DNA of 20,000 nt from Conidiobolus incongruus B7586 (taxonomy: Eukaryota): NCBI GenBank assembly GCA_000697335.1, contig JNEM01013031.1, positions 46,872-66,871 of the forward strand, written 5' to 3'. Both the position numbers and the translations under genes were made by a program. Position 1 is the stretch's first letter. Every line of letters begins with the position of its first letter. This document shows positions 1-11,907 of this stretch, one piece after another. The notes beneath the pieces are model-generated. The model saw only the letters and a list, made by a program, of their open reading frames with translations. It was not told the DNA's origin and did no database searches.

Positions 1-3000
1 TATATTTTATCTTTTATAAGGTATTAAATGAATAATTATTGAATTGGATTTTATCAGTTTACCCTCAATGAATGTCTAGTTCTCTTTCATGCTCCCTAAA
101 TCCCCGCAATATTATACTTTATTTTAAATTAAACTAATTTTAGCAATTAAAGATAAGCTAAAGATAAAAAATTGTTAAAATAAGACCCTCAGTTATTTTA
201 CTAATTCATTAAGTAATGATTTAATTAACTTTAGTTCCTTTTCAAATTTGAAAAATCATACTTAAAATGTGATTCAATGATCATTTCTAAATTTGGTATT
301 ACTAAATATTTGATAATAATTTAATAGTATCTTGAAGTTATAAATCGGTGAAATATACTGTTTATATAATAATAATGATATTCCAATATATTAGTAAATC
401 ATATTTAATTATATCTATAACATATCTAATAATACCATTCTTTTATTTCAATTGCATAATCAGTATTTTTTTTGAAATTTCAAAAAACGATACAAATTGA
501 TATCATAATTTTAACATAAAATTCAATCTAACAATATTTGGATATATAATGTTATCAGAGATATGCATATTATTGTTTAAAGGAATTTGATTCACTACTA
601 AAAACTTTAGCATCCAGCAAGAATAATGGATATGATTAATAAATATTTGACAATACTTCTTAAACATGTATTGTCAATAGGATTATAAAACAATACAAAA
701 TATTAAATTTGTTTTTCAAGGTTTTCAAATTTCAGTATATATACTATATTTTGTATAATTAAATTTTATCTCTTGGTATAAATGAAGGTTAGCTCTATTA
801 AAATATTTAATTCCAAATAATTTCCATAATACGAAATGTATTTCATATGATAGATTTTTCAATATTTCATACTATATTATGATATCGAATTAAACTCTGA
901 ATTTTGAAAGTGATGGTGTTTTGATAAAAGCATTTATTAAACTAAATTTTACAAATTTCTTCAATGCAATAATTTTTTAATTACAGGATTTTATTTATTC
1001 CGTCAAATAATTCGTTTATAGCTATTGTTTATATATCATGTTTAGTTTCAAAAACATGATTTTATTTATATTAAAATCTATTATAATTGTTCCATATAAT
1101 TATATATTTTATAAAAGTATCATATTCTATATAAATATCTTCAATACAACTTATAAAATTTATTACGAAAAATAATCTCAACTTAAAAAAATTGCTGTTT
1201 TTAATTAATATTTTTAATGTAAATTATAATACAAAGGATTCAAATACAATAACTATGGTATTTCTATTAATATATATTATAGTCAATAATTTTCTAATAT
1301 TTTAACTAATATAACCATTTAATGGATTTCATTTTAAAAAGTTTTTCAGTTATAAAATAACTTTATGCTAAGGTATCTCACCATTATATATTCTTTAATT
1401 AAAGAGCAAACGTTGATATAAAATTATTAATCCTATTACTCAAATAAATAATCAATTTGATTCGTTATTTATTACTGAAAACATACACTATTTTGTTCCA
1501 CTAGTACAGGAAAAATATTAATTTGAACTTGGTTTTGAAATCGTGTTATTTTTTAAGAAAATAATTTGACAGCAATTATCATACTTATGTTATTAGGTAT
1601 TTAAAGTATACTGGATTTATGTATATTTAGCAATATTGAGCAAATTAAAAGCCAAAATTATGATTTCAACAATCAATCAAATTGATAAACAAATTTTATC
1701 TTAAAAACAATATATATTTATTTATGCTGTTTTACTATTGTTTTGAAATTTTATATTCAGATGACCATACTTCATAGTTTAATTAATTTTTATTGAGACT
1801 GATAGTATTATTTTAGTTATTCAAGCTGAAGTAACAAATTTCATAATTAATATTCTAACATAGCCAAATTGGATATTTGATAGATATAATAATTTCATGT
1901 TGAAAATAATACAATTTATATATGGTACTATAAGCATATTATAATAATTATTGAGATTGGAACATGTATTCGATACAATATATATTTTTTCTATTTATTC
2001 CAAAGTTCAAATTTAATTAGAGATTTAATTTGAATTGATTTGAAATATAAAACTGAACAAGAGATTCATGAAAAGAAACGATATAGACAAAAAATAAAAT
2101 GAATTCATGGTGAAATTATTATATTGAATTATCCTATTTTATATAAAATATATCAAAATGACATTTTATAAAAATAATGAATAAATATAAACAGGCATTG
2201 AGCTTAGGCTTTTGATATTATGTTAATGATATTAGTATTTTTAATGTGTATTTGATTTTGATAATTTTAGGAAGATTTTAAAATTATATGAATTATATTA
2301 ATTTTTCAATTTTAATAATATTCATAAAAAAATTATATAACCAAATTTCATTCATTGGAAAAAGAAATTGTTGATTTATCAATGGCTGTAACTATAAAAA
2401 TAATAAAAATTTATGGCGCAAGAACTTAATTGATATAATATCTATTATTTATATGAATTTTGATAAATATGTTTAAAAAAGCAGTTTCCTAAAACCTGTA
2501 TATATATTAAATTACAGAACTTTTTAATCCCGTTATAACCCAAAATAATAAATACTTTTGTTATGTTGAGATAAAAAATTTCTATTGAATCTAATTATAC
2601 ATCCAATTAAATTACATTTAGAGCTCCATTCAATAAAGAATTATTATCCTAGTCAAACCATAAATTGCTTTCAAATCAATTAATCTACTTCAGAACAGCT
2701 TTAAAATCCATCATTAATTCATCGATTTATTAATATAATTTCTCAATCATTATATCAACTAATGGATATAATTATCAATCGTTGATGTAATCTATTTGAC
2801 CTCTAATTATTGATATTATTTTTCATATACACTAATTTTTTATTTTCAAAACCTGAAATGTAGATGAAGTCTATTTGTAACACATTAATCAAATTATCAG
2901 TGTCTCTGACATTAAACCTTTATTAAAAATTCCTTTGAGATATCTTAGATTTTGATTATACTGAACAATAATGAAACATGAAACTATTAATAAAATTGAT

Positions 3001-3921
3001 ATTTATTTAAAATCTTCAACTTTTAAATACCTGATACAGTTAATAAAAACCTCACTAATTTCCACAAGATTGTTGAACTAAATCTTTAATTAATAGGATT
3101 TGTTATATAGAATAATTCATTAATTAAGAAATTGAAATTGAAATATATTGTCATTAATTCATCTAGTATAATAAATATAAGAATTATATCGACTTATTAA
3201 ATAATTGATTATCATTTAAATTTAATATTAATAATGAGTATTAGTAATGAAGCAATTGTTAATTCAAGTTGTATAACTTTTATTTGGTTGCTTATACATA
3301 ATTCAATGTACTGCAACCAGATAATCTATAGTATTATGTTTTATATAAATCTTTAGTAAGTATTAAATACATTCGTATATAGTTCTAAATATCGATTACA
3401 AGTCAAGTTGACGAATAGTGCAATATAATTTGTTTATAAATAGTAAAAAAAATTTCTTGAATTTATTAATTTTTTGTTCCTCTATTCTCAATATCTCAAA
3501 AATCAATTTAATTATGCATTATTGGAATATTATACTGAATTAAATTATATTCATAGAATAAATTACTAAATCATCAGTATTATCAAAGAATCATTTGTTA
3601 GTATCAGTTGTAATTAAGAATTCAATTTGGAATAATAGTGTGAAATGGGTATAAAATATTAGCTTTAATTTCAAAAGTAAGGTTTTGGATTAAATCTTTG
3701 ACTGATATTCATCTTTAAATTAGGCTGTGAATATTATATATCGTTAAGTCTATATGAATAAAATAACATATGCAATTGTATTAATTAATTAAAAGTTAGA
3801 AGCATCGTTGATACAACTATGAATTGATCCTTGATAAAATTCATCAAGTTATTTATATAAACTTTGATTATCTTTTATATAGATTTTTATTCTCATTTAT
3901 TATATTTTTGTTATTATTCTT

Positions 3922-5070
3922 ATGATATTGTGAAATATTCTGTATTATTAAATATAATATTGCATTAATCTTTCATTTTGGCAAAAATCTCAAAACAACC
4001 ACTTTCAAATGTCTAGTACAGATATTCGGCAATTCAGAGCTAATCCAAATTAAAAGGACAATAAAAAAGGAAAGAGCATCCGTGCACGCTTGGACTGGTT
4101 ATAAAAAGCATACCTGGGGATTTGCTGAAATCAGACTAATTTCCAATACGAAAAAGGACGATAAGTTTCAAAGTTGAAATTCCACGCTATTTGATGCAAT
4201 GACCACTCTATGGCTAATGGATTTGGAAGATTAGTTCAACGGAGCTGCAAAAGAAGTACTAGGTGCATATTTTACCAAAGCTCAAACTCTATAATGTTTT
4301 TAAAACCACCACACGATACTTAGGTAGGTTAATATAAGCTTATGATTTTCGATCATCTGAACAAGATGAAAAATTCTGCAATTGGATTATATCCAGTATA
4401 TTTAGAGCTTTAAACATGCTAATATATAACTGATGAAATCACTTTTAGAGTTCTTGAGGATAATTTTTATGAGTATCTGATGAGTTTATGCTTTGAATAA
4501 TAGAAATTTTGAGTAGTTAAAGCAAATTTACTTGGAATCAATTCAAGGTTTTAGATCTCTGATAATACATGGTCAAGATGGATTAGTATGTTTGTATCGG
4601 ATCAATACTTCTGGTGATCCAGAAAATATAATAGATCATTCATCGTTATTCACGGAAGGACTACTCTATTGCAGTGTTTTCATTCACAGCACTCGTAAAA
4701 GCTCCCAACTAGGTCTCAGCATCATAATAACAGGGTGCGAATTTTATAGATTAAAAATCAAATTAGCTGCAGAGGTCATATCATTTTCTGGATATTCGCT
4801 AATGAAGCTTCTATATCCTATGAATTACTTAAGTGCAGAGATTGATTGCATTGAACAAATTTTCAAGGACCCAACTACATACACAATATATCTAAATGTA
4901 GAGAATAAGAGTATCCAATTCCAGCAGGATGTTATTATACAGAGTTTCTTCTTTGCAAAAGAGCTGAGATATTTATATCTGATATTTCGGGATGATAATT
5001 TTTTGACTAGGATGAGTGGGTGCTGGATACAGAAGTCCATACTTTCAAAATTCAAAAAATGATAAAATAA
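3922..5070 (+). pseudogene. GH47 alpha-1,2-mannosidase pseudogene (psi1, gene-B-like)
   Basis: Manual translation from 4082 gives VHAWTGYKKHTWGFAEIRLISNTKKDDKFQS*NSTLFDAMTTLWLMDLED*, then after a frameshift NVFKTTTRYLGRLI*AYD (catalytic E of FETTIR changed to K). About 77 codons are then deleted, followed by GLYPVYL...EDNFYEYL. ORF 4532-5062 is the decayed C-terminal half (DHSSLF, SQLGL, SFFFAKELRYLYLIF), and a shifted frame ends EWVLDTEVHTFKIQ. The 5' limit (ATG ATA TTG at 3922) is approximate. Confidence 0.88.
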
Positions 5071-5155
5071 AATTTATATTTCAATACAGTATTATATAAT
5101 AAATAAATCTCTAAAATTATATTCATTTAAAATAGTTTTTCAAACTCAAAAATAT

Positions 5156-5471
5156 TGTCGCGCATCGGGAGGTCCGCTCGCCATTTAACTTCAACCACCT
5201 GTCATTATTCCGAATGTAATCCACTCACAAATATCAGATACAATCCCTGCACAATGGAAAATTCAAGACTATAACAGTAATTGGAGTTTCAACACATTGA
5301 CAAAGGACTAACCACACTATAAAATAGTCACTGGGCACCTATTCGCTCAGGGATCATCTCGATCAGGCCCAAGCCCTACACATTGATATTTTAATAAAAC
5401 TCCTCTAAAGTATCTCGTTTTATCGAATATGCTTAATCTTTATTGTAAGTCTACTTTCTAGAAGACTTGCA
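5156..5471 (+). mobile_element. Candidate solo LTR (316 bp)
   Basis: Non-coding island, GC-richer than its flanks, starting TG (5156) and ending CA (5471), with ATAT on both sides (5152-5155 and 5472-5475). Internal TATAAAA (5318-5324) is followed by AATAAA (5393-5398). There is no second copy in the window, so the boundaries are inferred. Confidence 0.45.
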
Positions 5472-7395
5472 ATATTATATTTAATGATTTTCAAGGATGA
5501 AATTCGTAGTATTAGATGAGGCACAACTTGTATAATCAAATTGATACTAGAGTTTTCCTTTAAATAGATTATGGATGATAAATTTTCACAGTAGATATAC
5601 TTTTCATTTTCCAAATGTCAAGAATATTTCATATCTTAAATTGGTATAAAATCTCAAATAAATATATTGTAAATATTTGAAAAATATATTTCCCCAACTT
5701 TGGTTAAATTATATTGATTTGAATTACAATTTACCAACCTGTTAATAAAGCGTTTTATTCATTAATATTTGATTCATATATCTGATTATTGAATATGTCA
5801 ACTGAAATCGATTTTTGATATAGTGGAAGCTTTTTTCAATAGTTATAGTATCATATCTATAATATATAAAATAATTGGCTTCATATTGATTTAATATATT
5901 ATAAAATTGAGTTAACATTTGAAGGAATTTGAAAAAATTGAATAACCTAAGTGTAAATTATATATTTTGAATACAATATTAGTTAATGAAATATTACACA
6001 TGAAGTCACTTATTGAAGTCCTAGACTAATTTGCATAATATTTTAATGGTAGTTGAATTATATATATATTATAAACTGATAACTGTTTGTGGACTAAAAA
6101 GCTCATCAATAATGAAATATTGAAACAAATATGGCTCATGACCAATTATTACTTGAATTGATGCAAAAATTTGATATTATTATTTAAATAGGAATAAGAC
6201 AGAAAAATGAACTCTTCGTAATTTTGAAATGACAAGGACCATGAAATTATTGATCTTTTCACTCATCTATTCATTGAAATCTGTTCCTGTAAAAAAAGCA
6301 AATAGCTCAAAAGTTTGAAATAGGACTATCGTTGTAAGATTTTCTCTTTCTAATATGAGCTGCAATTGAGGCTATGATCAAGGCCGTAGAGATCTCATCA
6401 TCCCTTTGGGTATTTTCACCGACGTAATCTATGACTTTGGCAATGAGGTGAGTATTTTCGCTGACTACATCCATAATTTGGAATGTTCTTCTCAAGCTCA
6501 AATAAAACAATGGATCTTGATGATGGAGAAAAATGAATTGAATTGTGAAAAGCTAATCAACTAAGGAAAGTTGTTGAGTAAAAATTGATTAACATAATAG
6601 ATTTAAGTATTATATATATCCTGGTTAAATTTCACATTAAATAAAATCACTGTTTTCTTAGGCATATAAAATAATATAATTCATTGGAATTTGAATATTA
6701 ACATCAATTGAATCTGTTGAAATTAATTTAGAGACTAAGCTGAATATAATTAATTTGAAGTGTATATATAGTATTTTGATTAAGTATCTAAGGATTATGG
6801 TTATTTTAATCCAGCTTATAAAAAAGTTTTATTAACAAAATGATCAGTTAAAACAATTTAAAATAGGATTTTTGAATTGAACTATGATATTAATAATTTT
6901 CATTCTTAGATGACAATTTTGATATAAAAATTACAAATTTGAGTAGATTTGAGCATAATAATTATTCAATTACATTTCATAAAAATATTTAATACTAGAG
7001 TGATTTTGAATTTTATTTTATAAATTATATGACCTGAAAAGTAATATAGTTATACAAAACAAATATTATAATTTTATATACGGAATAAACAATTTTGATT
7101 TATTAAAAATTTCCAATTAAAGTAATAAAATCTCTGAATTTTAGATAATTTGAACGCCTCATTTCTAATTAAAAATAAATTTGCCACAAAATAAAACATT
7201 AAAAAACATTCAATTATACTATTGTAAATATATTCTTTTCAATTTTAATAACTAAAAAATAAGATTATAAATAGTCAAAGGATACATGAATTGTAATGTT
7301 ATATCATAAATATTATAGAATAATTAAATTCTTTAAATAATTGATAAATCTATTCAATTCATTTTATTGCATTAGTATTAGTAATATAATTCAAA

Positions 7396-8823
7396 ATGAT
7401 ATCAAATAATTTAAGTCGGATCATATGTTGGTTCATATTGATAAATTCAATATGGTCTACTATTTCGCATTACAATCGACCTCACTATCGCAAAAAATCA
7501 ACCAGTGGAGATGACAAAGAGCGAAAAAAAGCTGTTAAGCAAGCTTTTCAACATGCTTGGGAAGGTTATAAAAAGTATGCTAGTGGCTTTGATGAAGTGC
7601 AACCGATCTCGGGACAATTTAGCGGATGGGGTGTTACCATGGTGGATGCATTATCAACTTTATGGCTAATGGATATGAAGGAAGAATTTCGAAATACTGT
7701 TGACAAAATCAGAAATGTCGACTTCACCAAATCGAATCAACCGGTCAACACTTTTGAAACCACTATCCGATATTTAGGAGGGTTGATCAGTGGTTACGAC
7801 TTATCTGGAGAGCAGATATTATTGGAAAAGGCGGTGCAACTTGCTGACAAATTGATGTATATGTTCAATTCGCCTTCTGGATATCCCTATGGGGACATGG
7901 ATTTCCGCACTAATCAGCCAGTTGATAAGACTAGGGTGTCTCTTGCAGGTATTGGTAGCATTCAGCTTGAATTCACCAAACTAGGCCAGATAACTGGAGA
8001 TATAAAGTATAAACAAGCAGCTCAACAAGTCTTCTATAAATTAGATGCATTATACAAGGAAACTCCAGGGCTGTACCCATATAGATTGAGTCCCAGTACT
8101 GGAGACTTTATCACGAAAGCTGTTAGTTTCGGAGCGGAAGGAGATAGTTTTTACGAATACTTGATCAAACTTTATGCACTAGAAGGTGGTAGAAACAATC
8201 GCTGGAGGCAAATGTACTTGGAGAGCATCAAAGGCTTCAAAACCCTTGTACGTCAAGGATATCAAAACAATACCTACATTGGAATATTAGATGAATCTGG
8301 CGCTTTCGTTCCCAAAATGGACCATCTATCCTTATTCATGGGCGGCCTACTTCAATACGGTGATCATATTCTCAACACCACCGACAACTCCCAGTTGGGA
8401 TTAGCAATTACTGAAACTGGATTTCAATTTCATACTAGATCCAAAACTGGATTGGCTCCGGAATTAATCACATTCTCTTCAGATCAACCGATTCACTTCG
8501 TCCAAAAGATGAACTTACTGAGACCAGAACTACTCGAATCCCTCTTCTACTCCTACCGATTTACCAAAAATTCACAATATAGAGATTATGCGTGGGAAAT
8601 TTTCCAAGCGTTCGAAAAGTATTCGAAGACAGATATTGCTTACGCATGTTATCGCGATGTGAACAATATGGATAAAACGACGCAACAAATTGACGGCATG
8701 GAAAGTTTCTTCTTAGCAGAAACGCTGAAATACCTTTATTTGATATTTTCTGACGATTCAGCATTGGATTTGACAAAATGGGTCTTGAATACTGAAGCAC
8801 ATCCTCTGAGGATTCAATATTAA
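7396..8823 (+). CDS. Class I alpha-1,2-mannosidase, glycoside hydrolase family 47 (gene A), probably secreted
   Basis: Intronless 475-aa ORF with GH47 motifs AFQHAWEGYKKYA, GWGVTMVDALSTLWLM, FETTIRYLGGL, GDSFYEYLIK, LRPELLES, MESFFLAETLKYLYL and NTEAHP. The catalytic and Ca2+-associated residues are intact. The N-terminus has a short hydrophobic segment (IICWFILINSIWSTIS) and no long stem. Confidence 0.96.
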   Translation: MISNNLSRIICWFILINSIWSTISHYNRPHYRKKSTSGDDKERKKAVKQAFQHAWEGYKKYASGFDEVQPISGQFSGWGVTMVDALSTLWLMDMKEEFRNTVDKIRNVDFTKSNQPVNTFETTIRYLGGLISGYDLSGEQILLEKAVQLADKLMYMFNSPSGYPYGDMDFRTNQPVDKTRVSLAGIGSIQLEFTKLGQITGDIKYKQAAQQVFYKLDALYKETPGLYPYRLSPSTGDFITKAVSFGAEGDSFYEYLIKLYALEGGRNNRWRQMYLESIKGFKTLVRQGYQNNTYIGILDESGAFVPKMDHLSLFMGGLLQYGDHILNTTDNSQLGLAITETGFQFHTRSKTGLAPELITFSSDQPIHFVQKMNLLRPELLESLFYSYRFTKNSQYRDYAWEIFQAFEKYSKTDIAYACYRDVNNMDKTTQQIDGMESFFLAETLKYLYLIFSDDSALDLTKWVLNTEAHPLRIQY

Positions 8824-9055
8824 TAAATTATTGTAATATTATGTTTGGTATTTTTGATATAGGCTTTTGATTTTATAATTTCAAATTAGTAACAAAGTGA
8901 AATATCATTAAAATTTTATAATAACTATTTTAAAAAGATATTTGGCCTTAACCAATTTTTGATTAAATATAAAACCATATTATACAATTCTGTTAAATAA
9001 TATTAGGTATGGCTGTTTCTGACTTTAATCATTTAATTAGAAATTTAATGATGAC

Positions 9056-10436
9056 TTAAGACTGAATTTTGAGAGTATGAGTTTCTGTATTGAAAATTCA
9101 TTTTCTTAAATCGAACATCTTCTCATCTTAAAAGTAATATACAAACATTTGAGGGTTTCTGGTAAGAAGTGGTTATCCGCAGTGTCAATCTGTTGACTAG
9201 ATTTATTTGTATTGATCACGTCGTAATATCATGTATAGGTAATGTCAGTTTTCGAATAGGTTTCGAACACTTTAAAGGTTCTTCATGCTTGATCTCTGAA
9301 TTTTCTATTTTCTTTGAACTTGTAGGAATAAAATATCGGCTATAGTAGTTTTGGCCTCAAAAGTTTTCTTGTATCCATAAGTTGTATGGAATTATCTTTG
9401 GAAAAGTAAATTGATTCTGATGCTAAGCCTGTCTTAGAATCAGTAGAATCGGACTCTGATTTGGGAATATTCTTTGTTGAAAATAAAATTACCATATTGG
9501 AGCAATGATCCCATGGATCAAGACAGGCAGTTCATTGTTGTGATGAAGCTGTCAAAGGTGCTTAAAGTGTCAATATATATGTTATTGATACAACTTTGAG
9601 GTACAAGTGATTTGAAACCCTGAATACTTTCGGATTATATGTGCCCGAAATAATTTCTACTTTTTTCAAATGCGTACATTTTGATCAAATACTATTAGAA
9701 GCTACCATCTTTCACCTCGTAGCTATCAAATTTGGTAATAAAATCTCTTATGTGTGCACTCAGAATATGCTGATAAAGCCTTGGATTCCTTTCAAGGAAT
9801 CCATCCAATTTATAAAAGACATTCTGAACGGTTGTTTAATGCCTTACATTCCCAGTAATTTCAGTTGGTCTCGAGAATACTTGATGGACTGTTGCAATAC
9901 ATGCAAGACACATTTCTGCCAAGGCGGTGATCACTCCAAAGATCCATGTAGACATATGTTAATGTAGAAGGTGATTTAAATACTCGTATCATCTTATTCT
10001 TTTACTGAAATACCTTATTCAAGTAGAGCTCCTCTCTAAACAAATTTTAAGTACTAATTAATTCACTTCAATATCTAATAGTGGTTTCATATGTTTTGAA
10101 GATAGATTGAATTCTGAGAAATTAATGCTATTCAATATTTCAAGCTGACCATAAAATTCATCTTTCAAGTCTAGTAGCCACAAAATAGATATTAAGTGAA
10201 TTATTGTAACACTATAGTCTCCATATCGACAAAGCTTTGAATTTGTAAATATAGTCTGGAAGTATCGGTATACCAACTATATTGTTTATAGCCTGAAAAG
10301 CTTTCCAACAGCACTCTTATTTTTTCACCATTCTAATCTTCCCTTATAAAGATATTTGGTTCAAATTTTTGGGCTAATGAATATCAATACATATATTATT
10401 CTGAATAATAAAATAATCAAAATTATTGACTATCAA
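9056..10436 (-). pseudogene. GH47 alpha-1,2-mannosidase pseudogene (psi2, gene-A-like)
   Basis: The minus strand gives GYKQYSW, SVTIIHLISILWLLDLKDEF, TYETTIRY*, FKSPS, VFYKLD, DFITK, GSF**YLIKMYA, GFKSLVPQSCINNIYI, MGSLLQYG, FETYSKTDI, QQID, FLPETLKCLY and IFNTETHTLKIQS* (stop 9058-9056), with many stops and frameshifts. The 5' limit is approximate. Confidence 0.9.
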
Positions 10437-10864
10437 TTAATCGATAGAATTCTAAAGATTCATAAAAGTACCTTTAATATCTATATTGCTATTATAGAAT
10501 AATTTTCAGTAATTATAATAGTCAATATATTTGTATTTATGATCAATATTTACAATATTATTTCAATTGAATTCATATTCTTTCCAAATATGGATTGATA
10601 ATATTTGTGATAGGTGACTGAAAATCATTCTTTTACTAAATTTTTATATCACAATACAGCAATACAATTTTGTAGTTATGTATTATACAGCTTGTTTTTA
10701 ATATCCAGATAAATTCTGTGTTGATATATAGTTCAATTGAAAATGTATATGTTTAGTTAATTTAAATAATTTAATACAAAAGAATAAATCCCTTAAATCA
10801 CCAATCATATTATATATATGGAATATCTTTATTGAATCATAATATAATATAAATATTGATATTA

Positions 10865-10893
10865 CTATAGAATTAAAGAAATGGGAAATTTTT
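10865..10893 (+). repeat. Left TIR of mariner element
   Basis: CTATAGAATTAAAGAAATGGGAAATTTTT matches the reverse complement of 11879-11907 (CTTTGTAATTTAAATAATGGGAATTTTTT) at 22/29 positions. Confidence 0.7.
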
Positions 10894-10974
10894 TAATTTC
10901 TGATTTTTTAAACATATTATTAGTTTCAAATAAAAATATATACAAAACAAATAAGAAAATAAATAGTTTTGAAT

Positions 10975-10998
10975 TATATATATATATATATATATATA
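10975..10998. repeat. (TA)12 microsatellite inside the 5' non-coding part of the mariner
   Basis: Perfect TA dinucleotide run. Confidence 0.95.
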
Positions 10999-11045
10999 AT
11001 AATTTTTTTGATTAAAAAATTTATTTTTAAAATTGGTTGTTTAAT

Positions 11046-11832
11046 TTAATCTTGTTTAAACCAAATAATAACCATTAAAAGTTTTTTATTTTAGTATTAG
11101 TAAAACTTAACCACAAACCCTTTAAAATCATTTAAAATTTACAAGCAGATTTTAATAATAAAATATTATTTAAAATAACAATTTATTACTAGGTAAATTA
11201 CTTTAAAGTTAAGAGAAAAACTACTTAAAACCTATTAAAATTTAAAAGATTAATTTTAATTATTATTCTTTTAATTATTAATAAAGTGAAAAATTATATT
11301 AAAAAATACCTTTTTATTTCAGTTAAAAAATTATCAAGATACTTTAATATTAGTTTTGTTAAAACATAAATCAAGGTGTTAAATTAAGTTAAATCTACCT
11401 GAATATTAATTGTTAACTATTCTTATTTAATTTTTAAAAGAAAAATAATTAATAATAAACTTTATATTTTTTTAAATAAAATTATTTTTAATTGGTATTC
11501 TTAATATAATTTAAGAAAACATTATTTTACATAATAATTGTAAAATACATAAATTTAAAGTTGTAAAAAACTTTCTAATTAAAAATAACTAGAAAAAACT
11601 ACTACATATAATATATTCTTTAAATTATAACTTATGTGATTATAATTGTTTTAAGTAATTAAAAAACTAGCTTACAAGAAAGAAAATTTCTATTGGAAAA
11701 TTTAATTGGTTTGTAAAATATCAAATTTTAGTCTTTAATAAAAAGAACTATTTTTTAAGTGTTAGATCTTTGCTAAAAGTATAGCAAAAAGTTATTAGAA
11801 ATAAAGGAAATTTTCAATTTTATAATATATAA
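11046..11832 (+). pseudogene. Mariner DD34D transposase relic
   Basis: HTH region TIYY*VNYFKVKR...NLLKFKRL (cf. W..FK.GR...DLPRSGRP) and KYLFISVKKLSRYFNIS. From 11521: IILHNNCKIHKFKVVKNFLIKNN*KKLLHIIYSLNYNLCDYNCFK*LKN (cf. LHDNARPH...WEVLPHPPYSPDLAPSDYHLF..LKN), with exactly 34 residues between the second D position (AAT, 11533) and the third D (GAT, 11638). The C-terminus reads SVRSLLKV*QKVIRNKGNF (cf. GI..LP.RWQKVI...G.YF). The WVPHEL/first-D region is missing, with a junction near 11400. Confidence 0.88.
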
Positions 11833-11878
11833 TTATTTTTACTTTTTATATATTAAAATGTTTATTTTTTTCAATCAC

Positions 11879-11907
11879 AAAAAATTCCCATTATTTAAAT
11901 TACAAAG
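11879..11907 (-). repeat. Right TIR of mariner element
   Basis: Inverted counterpart of 10865-10893, followed by TA. Confidence 0.7.

Larger units (their letters stand above)
10865..11907 (+). mobile_element. Degenerate mariner (Tc1/mariner, DD34D) DNA transposon, internally deleted
   Basis: Imperfect TIRs (22/29 identical by eye) are flanked by TA at 10863-10864 and 11908-11909. They enclose a recognisable mariner transposase relic. Confidence 0.85.

Noticed and set aside
4532..5062. 176-aa ORF as a standalone gene
   Set aside because: It starts at TTG and is the C-terminal fragment of psi1, with the RPE and NTEAH motifs destroyed.
9641..9967. 108-aa plus-strand ORF
   Set aside because: Antisense shadow of GH47 psi2.
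10058..10276. 72-aa minus-strand ORF
   Set aside because: Fragment of psi2 (LWLLDLKDEF), not an independent gene.
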